Shown here piece after piece: positions 13,320-25,165 of a DNA stretch of 64,000 nucleotides. Both the position numbers and the translations under genes were made by a program. Under the pieces are notes generated by a model that had not been told where the DNA came from, searched no databases, and saw only the letters and a list, made by a program, of their open reading frames with translations. This DNA comes from Lingula anatina (Eukaryota; Animalia; Brachiopoda), in assembly GCA_051362555.1 (NCBI GenBank), contig CM120643.1:5146001-5210000 (forward strand). Reading direction: 5' to 3'. How positions within the stretch are numbered: position 1 is the stretch's first letter; each line of letters begins with the position of its first letter.

Positions 13320-13832
13320 AAAGTTGTTTCTACAGCCATTCGCTCCTACCACTGTTTCATGTAGGGAAGTTGCCAGTTACTTGTAGGAGCATGTGCATCT
13401 AGTGCTGGTTAATCGTCCAGGTCGGCTGAGCCCGCCCTGGAACGATACGAGTACATGTAGGTTAAAGGGATAATAACTTTTCGTATGAGATCTATATTTC
13501 ACAATAAAAACATTGTGAACAACTCATAGAAATATAATATTTTCTGTTGCACCACAAAAACGGCAGTTATAGCTATTATTCTGATATTTGAGCTTGTCTT
13601 AAGACCACGTGACCTCCACTGATAGCTATACTCTGTTAAAATCAACTTTTTAGAAAAAAAGGGACTAATTTTGAATGCTAAAATGGATTCATTAACCATT
13701 GGTAAGTATGGCAAAACTGTTGTTTACTCCAGGAAAATTCATTTTTTGGCCAAGTTATTATCTCTTTAACTGACAGCCCTTACATGTCTGAAGTACTGTT
13801 GAAAAAGGTGTAAAATCCAACTAAAACAAAAG
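13320..13832 (+). mobile_element. 5'-truncated Deu/Nin-domain SINE, split by a MITE, between the two Harbinger genes
   Basis: TTCTACAGCCATTCGCTCCTACCACTGTTTCATGTAGGGAAGTTGCCAGTTACTTG...TGCTGGTTAA resembles the Deu/Nin SINE core as I recall it. The tail CTGAAGTACTGTTGAAAAAGGTGTAAAATCCAACTAAAACAAAA resembles mollusc SINE tails. No tRNA head seen. Confidence 0.62.
13466..13765. mobile_element. Kolobok-type MITE (300 bp)
   Basis: TTAA TSD (13462-13465, 13766-13769). 14-bp TIR AG(G/A)GATAATAACTT with purine-purine termini. Removing it rejoins GGTTAACTGACAGCC of the SINE. Confidence 0.78.
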
Positions 13833-14071
13833 CAACTGCTGAACCACGATGAAATTTAGACAGATGGGCTAGGGCAATGTGAACATTAAAAAGAAAACAA
13901 CAATGCTATGACTGAGCTGAAATTCTAATATACTGATTGCGGCAGCTGTTGTGCCAGGAGTCAGTAGAGCGATACAGGCCTATTGCTCTAATACGTTTTA
14001 TTGGTAAAAAAGAGCATTTGTAAACACTAATAGCATACATCGTTAAACATTTCAATATCAACAGTCATCAT

Positions 14072-15355
14072 TTAATTAAGATTCACTCCAGCTAGTCTCT
14101 CTTGCCACGGAACTGAACCTGCTTCACTATTAAAAAAGGCCTTAATATAGTCCCTCATGACTTTGCCCTCTCGATTGTCTCTGTTGGGTGCATTAAACTG
14201 GGGTATCTCCTGCAGATGTTGGTCTGCCCTCCAGGCACCAGGGATTATGTTGTGCTCCTCCTCTTCCTGGTCCACTTCCGCATTCCCAATGGCAGGGAAC
14301 CTGATCCTCAGTAAGTTGTGGAGGATGACACCTGTCTCCACCAGTAACCGCACAACATCAGGTCCTTGTTCCAGGGTGCCCTGGAAGCATCTCCATCTGT
14401 TGGCAAGTATTCCGAAACCATTCTCCACCACACGCCTGCCCCTGGAAAATTTGTAATTGGCCACCAGCATGTCATTGTCCAGAGCCCTACTGCCATAGGG
14501 TTTCATGAGGAAAGTCCTCAGGGGAAAGGCATCATCTCCCAGGATGTAGTAGGGTGTGTCTCTGTTATCACTGGGCAGAGGATCGCTGTCAGGAAAGTTT
14601 ATGGTGTTGTCATCAATGCACTCTTTCAGTTCTGAAGCACCAAACAACTGTGCGTCGGATTGATGACCTTCTCCACCAGTGTCTATCCAGATAAACTTAT
14701 AATCCGCATCCACCAGGGCCAACAGCACCACGGAGAAGAAGCCTTTGTAGTTGTAGAACACACTGCCTGAGTTTTGTGGTTTCCTGATGGCTATGTGCTT
14801 TCCATCCAAGGCCCCCAGGGCATGAGGAAGATTCCATCGTTCTTGGAACTGCTGGGCAATGGCCTTCCAGTCCTCCTTGGTTCTTGGCAATGGCATGACG
14901 TCATCTTTTAACTCCTGTATGATGGCCTGACAGACTTCCTGCACACTCCATACCACCATGCAATAGCCACATCGGAAGTCATACTGGAGGGTGCGATACC
15001 CGTCTCCTGTAGCCAGGTGTCTGAGCGTCATGGCCAGCTTTATTCCAGCATCTAGGGCTGGTCTCATATGGGTGTCCCTCCGCTGGATGACTGGGCTAAT
15101 CCTGTTGAGTAGCTCATCAAACATGTGGGCAGGCATTCTAACATAGTTGGCAAAGGCATTCTCATCTTCCACCCTCAGGTCCTGCATCAGTCTGTTGTAG
15201 TGACCATATTCTAGCCTTCTAGCTGGTGTCAGCCACGGTTTAACCCACCACCTGCGGGCTCTTCTTTGAAGCAGTCTTCTTCTAACTATCAGCAGCTGGT
15301 GTTGATACTCAATTTCCAGGGCCAATACAACAGCTGCTCTACGTTGAACATCCAT
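14072..15355 (-). CDS. Harbinger (HARBI1-like, DDE_Tnp_4) transposase, intact single-exon ORF
   Basis: Uninterrupted ORF from ATG at 15355 (MDVQRRAA). Motifs KLAMTLRHLATG, GALDGKHI, FYNYKGFFSVVLLALVDADYKF, LGDDAFPL and RRVVENGFGILANRWR contain the catalytic D-D-E. Confidence 0.96.
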   Translation of the reverse strand: MDVQRRAAVVLALEIEYQHQLLIVRRRLLQRRARRWWVKPWLTPARRLEYGHYNRLMQDLRVEDENAFANYVRMPAHMFDELLNRISPVIQRRDTHMRPALDAGIKLAMTLRHLATGDGYRTLQYDFRCGYCMVVWSVQEVCQAIIQELKDDVMPLPRTKEDWKAIAQQFQERWNLPHALGALDGKHIAIRKPQNSGSVFYNYKGFFSVVLLALVDADYKFIWIDTGGEGHQSDAQLFGASELKECIDDNTINFPDSDPLPSDNRDTPYYILGDDAFPLRTFLMKPYGSRALDNDMLVANYKFSRGRRVVENGFGILANRWRCFQGTLEQGPDVVRLLVETGVILHNLLRIRFPAIGNAEVDQEEEEHNIIPGAWRADQHLQEIPQFNAPNRDNREGKVMRDYIKAFFNSEAGSVPWQERLAGVNLN

Positions 15356-16470
15356 TTCAGAACTGATGCACAAGCTCGGCTGAATGCCTTTTCATACCTA
15401 TCATGAGGGGAAATACCACGAAATGTCAAGAATAGTCCAGAAATCACTTTTATCCGTACCCAATTCGTGCATGCATTCGGCGTGTGCTTAACTAATTCCT
15501 TATTGATTCGTAACGTTCGTGCAGTATTCGTAATAGATTCTTATAAACCGTAGTGAATTCTTGAAAATATTCGTGCGATTCCAGCCGAATCCCACGAACA
15601 TTCGTAACACTATCGAACCTGTATCGTAACTGGTTCGTAGAGCGTGCCGTATTAGGCCAACAAATTTGCAAAATCTCACGAATTCTCAGGAATCCTGAAA
15701 TTTGTCAATTCCTGGCCATTCGTGGGATTCGTGGTTTGTGTGAAATAGGGCCTTAAGCAAAAATCTTTATATAGACAAAATTTCATGTATAACTGATGCT
15801 TGTTCATTGTCTGTTGTGACATTGAATGTGTCTGCATGTATTCTGATCACTGTCTATGTCTTTATTGTTCCTGTATGTGTTTATTATAATATAATAATAT
15901 ATTTTGATCACTGTGTTATGTCTGTGTTGTAACTACCATATATATATATATATATATATAATTTTTTTTTTTTTATTGATGATTTATTATCTGTTTTTAA
16001 TAGAAATGAAGGTGTGTTTCCTGGATTATCATCACACTGAGGACAGTTGAATTCATCTGTTCACCGTCTCGTTCTACAACCACACAGTATCAGCAAAGGT
16101 CAGTGCAACAAAGATATTGCTACACTGGTGATTCTATTCAATCCCATTGTGACCATCGCCACTATATGTTGTAACTGGGAAATCATCATTCGTAAATGGG
16201 TCATTGAGATCCAAATCAGTTTTTGATATGTTCAAGGTGACAAGGGTTAATGTTAACTGTTTGGAGTTGGGGGGCGAGCATTCGCTGGGCAAAACTATTG
16301 ATATAAACAAAATTTCATGTATACATCTTGATGACTTTGCATTGTCTGTTGAGACATTGAATGTGTCTGCATGTATTCTGATCACTGTCTATCTCTTTAT
16401 TGTTGCTGTATGTGTTTATTATAATATAATAATATATTTTGATCACTGTGTTATGTCTGTGTTGTAACTA

Positions 16471-16524
<54 letters not shown>

Positions 16525-17025
16525 CATTGATGATTTATTATCTGTTTTTAATAGAAATGAAGGTGTGTTTCCTGGATCATCATCACACTTAGGACAGTTG
16601 AATTCATCTGTTCACTGTCTCGTTCTACAACCACACAGTATCAGCAAAGGTCAGTGCAACAAAGATATTGCTACACTGGTGATTCTATTCAATCCCATTG
16701 TGACCATCGCCACTACATGTTGTAACTGGGAAATTATCATTTGTAAATGGGTCATTGAAATCCAAATCAGTTTTTGACATGTTCAAGGTGACAAGGGTTA
16801 ATGTTAGCTGTTTGGAATTGGGGGATGAGGGTTCGCTGGGCAAAAGTCTTGATATAAACAAAATTTCATGTATACATCTTGATGACTTTGCAATTGTCTG
16901 TTGAGACATTGAATGTGTCTGTATGTATTCTGATTACTGTATATGTCTTTATTGTCACTGTATGTGTTTATTGTATTATAATAATATATTTTGATCACTG
17001 TGTTACACATTTTTTAAAAATGGCC

Positions 17026-17084
<59 letters not shown>

Positions 17085-17660
17085 ACCAAGTGGGCCAAAA
17101 TGGCCCTACCAGATTTTGACCCAGGAATTAAGATCCCTGTTATTCTAAGGAAATTCCAATGGATTTACTTTTTAAAACATAAAATCAGTTGGGGCGTGAG
17201 GGTTTGCTTATCAAAGGTCTTGATATTGACAAAATTTCATGTTTACATTCCGATGCCTGTGCATTGTTTGTTGTGACATTGAATGTGTCTTTATGAATTC
17301 TGATCACTGTCTGTGCGCATGTCTTAATTGTCGCTGTATGTGTTTATTATAACATAATAATATAACCTGATCTCCATTATTTCTCTGTTATAACTACTGT
17401 ATATGTCTACATATATATTTCTTATTGATGATTTATTATCTGTTTTCAGTAGAGATGATTGAAGGTGTGTTTCCTGGATTATCATCACACTAAGGACAGC
17501 TGAATTCATCTGTTCACCATCTAGTTCTACAACCTTACAGCATCAGCATAGGTCAGTGCAACAACGATATTGCTACACTTGTGATTCTTTTCAATCCCAT
17601 TGTGACCATCACCACCATATGTTGTAACTGAGAAATAATCATTTGTAAATGGGTCACTAA

Positions 17661-17885
17661 CACCCCATTTCCATAGATTTTTAGATCTATCTATCCCTGT
17701 GGGGAGTCTCACTAGATTACTGCCAGCTTGGCCAGATTAAGCATCTGTTCGCCTACTAAAAGCTGTAAAGCGGTAATTAACTATAGTGCCCGCTCGGCTG
17801 ACTGCAATTTAGCGTGAACCCCCAGGGAGTTAGGTCGATCTAAATTTTAATCCCTGGATCGATCTAAATCTCTGGAAATACACCC
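17661..17885. mobile_element. Harbinger/Tourist-type MITE (225 bp)
   Basis: TAA TSD (17658-17660, 17886-17888) inside satellite GGGTCACTAAGATCC. Imperfect inverted ends ATTTCCA(T/G)AGATTT..AGATC(T/G)ATC. Confidence 0.72.
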
Positions 17886-18627
17886 TAAGATCCATATTAG
17901 TTTTAAATATGTGCAAGGTGACAAGGGTTAACGTGAACTGTTCAGTTGACGGAGGGGGGGGGGGGGCGACGCTTGGGAAAAATCTTGAATTAGTCAAAAT
18001 TTTATGTATACATTCTGATGCCTGTGCATTGTCTGTTGTGATATTGAATATGTTTATATATATTCTGATCACTGCCTATATACAGTTTTGTGCAGAGAAG
18101 ATGACATTACGGATATGGATAAACCACCCTAATCTTATGTATCGCACATTTAACATAATTACAGGGTAAACACAATAGGCCACAATGCTTAGCGTGTCAG
18201 CTGGGTTATGGGAAGTAAGTCGAGTTGGCCTCGTTTGAGGTGATGAGTGACAGCCTTAATTGCCACCTCTCTCTCTACTGATGCTGCTGAGCGACAGTGT
18301 TAATTGTCATCTCCCAAGTCCCAGTTGCTTATCTGATTATCTGCCCGACTGCACACAATCATTGTTCATCTATATGGGGCACGCTTTCATTGTATTTGTC
18401 CTTTAGATAGTATTTTAGATAGCATTTTCTTTCTTAACGATGTCTTGGTTCTCAAGGCTCAGTTACAATATAAAATGTTACTCCTAAAATTGTTTCAATA
18501 GACGTTTTTGCTGCATATATAGCACATAGTTACTTATTTTTTTGCTGTTAATTGTGTTGTAAATTTCAAATTTCCCATGTGTTATTGATTCTGAATGTTG
18601 AAAATAAAGGATCCATAACCCTAATAA

Positions 18628-18864
18628 AGCCGAGGTCCCAACTACGTTTTGGACGCATGGTTTTCAGGTTACTAGCGTCCGGCTAGGACGTAGCAAGATT
18701 GCACGTAGCGGCTGTTGATCATGTCAAAAAGTTTCTACATGCTGTTTGCGTCCTCCAAAAGTCGCACAATGGACGTGCTCCTCACGCACGAACTCCCACG
18801 TTTTCCCCATTTTTTGGCCGTAGACCACACGTAGCAGCCCGTACGTTCGGTTGGGACCTAGGCT
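18628..18864. mobile_element. Harbinger-type MITE (237 bp)
   Basis: TIR AGCC(G/T)AGGTCCCAAC. TAA TSD at 18625-18627 and 18865-18867. Internal ACGT-rich motifs. Confidence 0.8.
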
Positions 18865-19896
18865 TAAGACGGCGTATTTTACATTTTTCCCCAAGTCATC
18901 AATTTCATCTCAAATTATTACATTGAAATGCTCACACTATTATAAATTTTGAACATATAATTGATTGCAGTTTAACCTGGCTTTGCCCTAACCTGTTAAC
19001 CTTTTAACATCATTTTCGATCACGAAGAACAACATTGGCCGGGTAATCTATCCAAACACGTTTTTCTTTTTTTTTTTACTTTTAATTATGAAGCGGCGCG
19101 GAGTATTCAATTGGAGATTGGAGATTATATCCATTGACTCGTACGTCAAATTAAATGCTTGTAGAAAGGGTTTTTAAAAGGATTTTCTAAGAACATGGAG
19201 TCGACAAAAAGTATGATTGGAGATTAAGCAAGCATTTAAGGAAGATAATCAACAATCATGGTAATTGCGTGTAATCCACTTGCCCGGGTCCCTTTAGATC
19301 TTATCGAACGCTCCAAAGAATTGCGGAGATGGAGAAATGAGAGGATGATCTTATCGAAAATCTCAGTCTACCTGTACTTTGGAGTTATTAATCTAACTTA
19401 CGTGGCAAGTGAGCTCTGATTAAACGTGTCACCAAAATCTTTTGTTCGACTTAAAATGTCAAAGAAGTGCCACGTCTTACTTGTAATTTTGTCATCTTAT
19501 GTGACATTTTGGCTTTACGGCTTATTTTGATTGTGGTGAAAATTTTTATCATTTTTTACCGCAATTCATTTGTCAGAAGTAACCTTCATTGATAACTACA
19601 TCTACTTGCTGACCTAGCAAATCTGTTTTTATTGCACTTTTCTATTAGTCTCTGCCAGCATGGTTATATAATGTTTTCAAGGAATCTGACCGGCTACCAT
19701 TACCAATTCACCGTTCCGAGATGAGTGATTGACAGCATTGTTTTAACCAGTAGAACCGTATAATTAATGTCACGTGATACGCATGTGTAAACAGCTGCCA
19801 TCTTACCGGACAAACAATCATCTGTCCGGTGTATCAGATTACGCTGAAGATTTTTGCATTTTTTGTCACTTAAGAATACGTTTCTCCGACAAAGTC

Positions 19897-22800
19897 ATGC
19901 CAGTAAAACACTGTTGTTATGGGTGTTGCAAATCTGATTCTCGTTATCCGGAACGAATGGAAGGGGTGTATTTCATTGCTTTTCCGAAGCCAAAAACACA
20001 GCTGGAGAAGTGTCTAACCTGGATTCGTGCATGCGGTCGTCCACACAGGCAGTTTAGCGTTAAGAATGTAACAAAAAACACATACATATGTTCAAAGGTG
20101 AGTTAAAGCTCTTATTTATGCAGTGCAAGTATTAACTTATTCAGTTCATTACAAAAACAATTTATTCACAGTAAACGGTATTCAAAACGTGAAGATGGCG
20201 CCGAATATTAATATGGCGACAGATTTAGTAAGTTTGTATTGCAGGACAGGGAATGTAACAGCCACGCATCGAAATATTGTGTATTTTCCCTGTTTACTGG
20301 GGCTTTTTCCTTGTTAAACCACCAGTGTTATGGAAATATGTTTGATGTTTAAGTCTTTAAACCATAAACCCTTATGATAAAAACTATACATTTTTTTATT
20401 CATGTAGCATTTCAAAAATGCCATTGGCCCAACATCAGATTATCCTGACCCTATTCCCTTTGACTGCAGTGTCTTCAGAAAAGCAAGGAAAGCAAGGAAA
20501 AGACTATTGCAGGAGGTTGAAAGGTAATATTATTATATTACACATCAAAACATCTGAGAACATGTAAATTAAGCATAATTTTCAATTACTCGTTTCTTGA
20601 TAAAAGTTGATCAGGAATTATGTACACAACAGAATATGCTTTGTTCAAACTAATACCCCTGTCACACTTATTCGGAATCAGCAGGAATCAAGCAGAACCA
20701 ACTGGAATGAATAAAATTTTAATTTCGTGCACCATTTGGGAGGGAATTTCAAATTTACCTTTATTCTTACGGCTTAGAAAGAATGCCGCTAGAATGCTCA
20801 GAATGAACATCAAATGATTCTTGCACATTCCAGATATAGGCCCGAGACAGAATGAGCAAGAATGCCGTCTGAAATACAATTCTTTGTACGTTCCTGGATA
20901 TTAGAATAGCTGACCCTAATGTTTTGCTCATGCTCAAAACCTTTGAAATGCATTCAGTGGGAAATTTATTTGGTTCTGGTGTACAAGTGATCACAAAATT
21001 TATGGATAATGTTCCATGACATAAATAAAGTTTTTAAAAATTGGACTTGTGGTCCCCATTCAATAATTTCATTTATTTGTGAACAACATTCTTTATTTAA
21101 TGTCCCCAGCTGTAAACATAACAAAAAATTCATAGATTATAATTTTTTTTAGTTTAAATTATTTTTTGTTCTTGCAGTGGTGAGGATAATTCACATGCAT
21201 CTGAATCAACTGTTGAAACAGAAACTGGTACAAGCACTCAGACAGAAGAACAGTGTAAGTTTATTTCAAGCTTAAAGTGTTAGACAAAAATGGTTTTGCA
21301 AAGTCTTTGAAAAATCTGGATAGTTTTTGTAGAAGTTCTGTCATGTAAGCTTGATCTGGCATAATCCTCTGAATGTGCATATCACATTGTGTAAATACAA
21401 TAAATTCACAGAAGTCGCATCCTGTTATCATGAGCTGTCCTTGAATTTGAGCGTAATAGTCATGGGTTGTTTTTAATCTTATTTCCCCATTATTGTTTTC
21501 AAGACAAAAATTGGCAATGTCTTCGCATGCAGTCGAAATTTTCATGTTTCTTGCTGTGAAGGGACATTTAATTTCTACAATTCCGGTTTGTCCATTGTCA
21601 CACAACTTTCCATCTGGAGTTGCCCCCAGGAATGCGTAGTCCTTGTTAATAACTAACCCACATTCATGAAAATGGGTATTTCTGTGTCGCTCCATGTACC
21701 CCTTCTTAGCTTCACTTTCATGACGTTTTCCATATTCTAAAGATGGAGCTGTAATCTGTTTTGATGAAAATAAGTTTCGTAAAAATTTTTCAGTAGGTAC
21801 TGATTTTCTATTGATCACACGACCAAAATTTGAGGCAGTTAGTCTGGTCTTGCGTGCCTCAAACCAATCTTTTGACAAAGATTGATCTCTGGTTTTAAGT
21901 TCCAGCTTAACAAAATCTGTGTCATTATATTCATTGTTCAAAATAACATATTCCTCGGGTAAAATCACTGGCGATGGTTTGAAAACAGAGTTGTCACCAC
22001 ACCCAATTCCGTGGACTGGTTCCTCTGTCCTTTTGATGTTTCTTGTCTGAAATAAACCAGTCATAATTGAAAATTAAATGTATATTTAAATAAGAACTCA
22101 TGTCAGCATATACATTTATTATAATTGTAAATCTATCTATCTATCTATCTATCTATATATAAATATATAAATATATATTTTTTTATTGCAGGGGTTTCTC
22201 CAATGGACATGTTAGCTACATCTACGGATTTACACATATTGCGTGGTGAATTAGATTTGAAAAATAACAAAATCAAGCAGTTGGAGTCAATGATCATGAA
22301 ATTGAAAGACGAAAATAAACAGCTGAAGGAAAAAATTGATGATCAAATGAAATTTGGAATAGAAAGCATTTTAGACAAAGAACAGAAGATAAAAGGACTC
22401 TTTAAGTACTACACAGGAATTACTCATGAGCGGTTTAAAAGTCTGTTCAATTTTTTGCTACCAGACAACTATATACTACAGTATGAAAAAGGGCGGAATG
22501 ATATTAAAATTTTGACACAAGAGGACTGCTTATTTTCTGTGTTGATATGGTTACGTCATAATTTTGGTTTAAAGGATATTGCCATTAGGTTTGGTTTAAC
22601 TGTTCAGTCTGCTGGAATTGTTTTTAATACATGGATAGCCCACATGCATCTTAAGTTTGGACAACTGTCAATTTGGCCACATAGAAATATCATTATTGAG
22701 AATATGCCAAAAGACTTTAAAGCTGATTTTCCAAATACATTGGTTATTATTGATGGTACAGAGTTCAAAACACAAACTCCATCTGCTCTTGGTTTGCAAA

Positions 22801-23303
22801 GTCAGATGTATAGTGATTACAAGTCCAATACAACACTGAAGGGTCTTATTGGCTGTGATCCCAGTGAATCTGTTATTTTCATTTCAGAACTATTTACTGG
22901 GTCTATATCTGATAAATGCATAACTGAACAGAGTGGATTTTATGAACAATTAGATAAGCTTAAGCAACAAGGTTATATTGCTGAAGGAGACTCTGTCATG
23001 GCTGACAAAGGATTTACAATAGAAAAAGAATTAAAAACATTAGGGCTCAGATTGAACATTCCTCCATTTTCATCTAGTGGGGCCCAAATGACAGCAGCAC
23101 AAACATACCAGACTCAAAAAATAGCTAAACACAGGGTTCACATTGAAAGACTAATTGCAAAAGTTAAAACTTACCAAATTATTTCAAACATTATACCAAC
23201 TAACTTATTTCAGAGTGTAAATAAGATATGGACAATATGTTGCTTTTTAACTTTATTTCAAGATACTTTTGTCACTGATAAAAGCTCACATGAAGATAAT
23301 TGA
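19897..23303 (+). CDS. ISL2EU transposase: THAP zinc finger + HTH + DDE_Tnp_4; 4 predicted exons, 501 aa
   Basis: Exons 19897-20097, 20408-20523, 21178-21254, 22192-23303 with GT-AG introns (phases 0, 2, 1) sum to 1506 nt, open throughout. THAP: HCCYGCC..FPKP..W..CSK|HF..GPT..PDP. DDE: IIDGTE, MADKGF, RVHIERLI. Confidence 0.9.
20654..20980. mobile_element. Possible Harbinger-like terminal remnant in ISL2EU intron 2
   Basis: TAA followed by TACCCCTGTCACAC and many GAAT/ATTC motifs. No matching other end found. Confidence 0.35.
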
Positions 23304-25165
23304 TGATTAAAAAATGAAGTATAATTGTAGAAATAACTTTTAATGGTACTTATTTAAATGAAAATGTGTATATATAGAAGTGAAAAATGCTTTATTGTAT
23401 ACAGTGATTTTTTAACCCCTATTTTGCCATTTTTTGGCCAAAAGCTGATGAGAACTTGTTGTCGAAATGTAATGCGATATCACACAGATTTTTACCTGAT
23501 AAGATAGATATGAGCCAAGTTGCACTTCTCCTAATGGTGTATCTACTTTTGGAACATCCACTGAAGCAATATAGGCTAATGGGGTCCCTTTCATGTTTTT
23601 GAGGATGTTGATGTCTTGATGGGTTATCTTTGGTAATCTGAAATTCAACAATATTTTCACATAACTTGAACACCCAGGTTTTGAAATAATACTACTAAAT
23701 CATCTAGTGTAATTTGAGTGTTACACAATGTAACACTACACTCGGGTCGAAAACAAACTACCCGATGTCTGTCCTGTACATAAAAATATTATCTCTGTAG
23801 AATTTTATTGCTAAAAAGTATGTAATAAAAACCATAGTATGGGCTTTCAAGCATATGAGTTATTTAAGTTAGATCTTAAAGGCCTCGTCCCAAATGATAT
23901 GTGTGTACAATATCCAATGCATACTTACACACAGTCTGGCTCAATGTGACACAAAACAGGACGTCTTTTCCTATTTTCAACAGGCCTTGCTACTACAACA
24001 TGGTTCAATGGCACTGGCTGAATTTTGTCACCCCTTGGTACATGCCACTGCTGTGGTATGCTAGTACAGCTTTGTTGGTCTGGTACATGTGTGAAATTGT
24101 GAAGTTTAAATCCCTGGAGTGTCTTGAGGAATCCAACTATATGGGAACAATGTCCATTCAAACTGAAAAATTAATAATTTGTCATGATTTTTCTGGGGAA
24201 AAGCAAAATAAAGCATTCAGCACATGGTTGAAAATGCTGGATTCATGAAAATAAATATCTATATATTTTTAAAAATTTATTCAAAACATACTGGGAATAG
24301 GGATGAAAAAAATGCAAGTTAACAGTCTATTAAAAAAACTTGCTGAGGCAGCAACCATTTGATTTTCTAGGGGGTGGTTTTGGATTTTTGTCTGGTGAAG
24401 ACTTTTTAAATTTTTTTCTTGATGCAGTGAGACTAATATTTTTGCTTCAAATTTAATACACCTCATATGGTAAGAATTATTTTTCCAAACTGTCAAAATC
24501 ATTTTTTACTCAAATCTATACTCCCCCCCCCCCAAAAAAAAAAAAAAAAAAAAAATCAAATACAAGAGAACACTTAACACGTTTTCAAGGGTGGTTTCTA
24601 ATCATTGTGTGTAAAACAACACAGAAATCTAATTATGTACTTGTAATAAACACCATTTGACCAAAATATATATTTATCACATTCTGAATGACTCAATATC
24701 GTGTCACATTCTACAGAAGTTTCACTGCGCAAATATAAACATGTCCACGAGTGTGGTACTACAGTAGGCTAGATATAATAGATCAAATGAAAGGCGTGAA
24801 TGGCGTACGCAACATTTGTACCTCTAAAAGTATCTTAATTGAAAGAAAAAAGTAGAAAATGTAAAAACTTACCCGGCTTTACAAGAACAAAATGAATCTG
24901 ATAACATGTTATCGTCGATTTTGATTTGGAGTTTGTGCGGTTCTTCATTTTTCCTCATCGACCGCCAACAGTTTGCATCAACATAAATTGTTCCGTTTCT
25001 CTCGGAAATCTTCACATTGTGAATATAACCTTGCGTAAAATAATTCAGTCCTTTTTCAAGAGCTTTTTTGGATAAAGATTTACTATTCGGAAGGAAATTA
25101 ACTGCGATATTTTCAGGTATTTTCTCTAAGGAATCTGACACGATGTTCGTCTGCTCGGTCGCCAT
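21261..25165 (-). CDS. ISL2EU ORF2: SWIM zinc finger + YqaJ (lambda-exonuclease-like) protein; 4 predicted exons, 484 aa
   Basis: Exons 25165-24873, 24162-23929, 23637-23496, 22046-21261 with GT-AG introns (phases 2, 2, 0) sum to 1455 nt, open throughout. SWIM: CSCKAG-LNGHCSH. YqaJ: WFEARKTRLTASNFG, YGKRHE, FLGATPDG, EIKCP, YYAQIQGQL. Confidence 0.9.

Larger units (their letters stand above)
11049..15753 (-). mobile_element. Full-length PIF/Harbinger DNA transposon (4705 bp)
   Basis: 64-bp TIRs with 3 mismatches (AG(C/G)CCCTATTTCACACA...). TAA TSD at 11046-11048 and 15754-15756. Dense subterminal ACGAAT/ATTCGT motifs. Two convergent ORFs. Confidence 0.96.

Noticed and set aside
11726-14635. 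Overlapping or antisense ORFs on the Harbinger genes (e.g. 12080-12643, 14157-14456)
   Set aside because: Shadow frames of GC-richer coding sequence with no recognisable motifs.
23690-23776. Extra minus-strand exon of the YqaJ gene at the acceptor near 23774
   Set aside because: In-frame TAG after four codons. The acceptor at 23638 gives a continuous frame.
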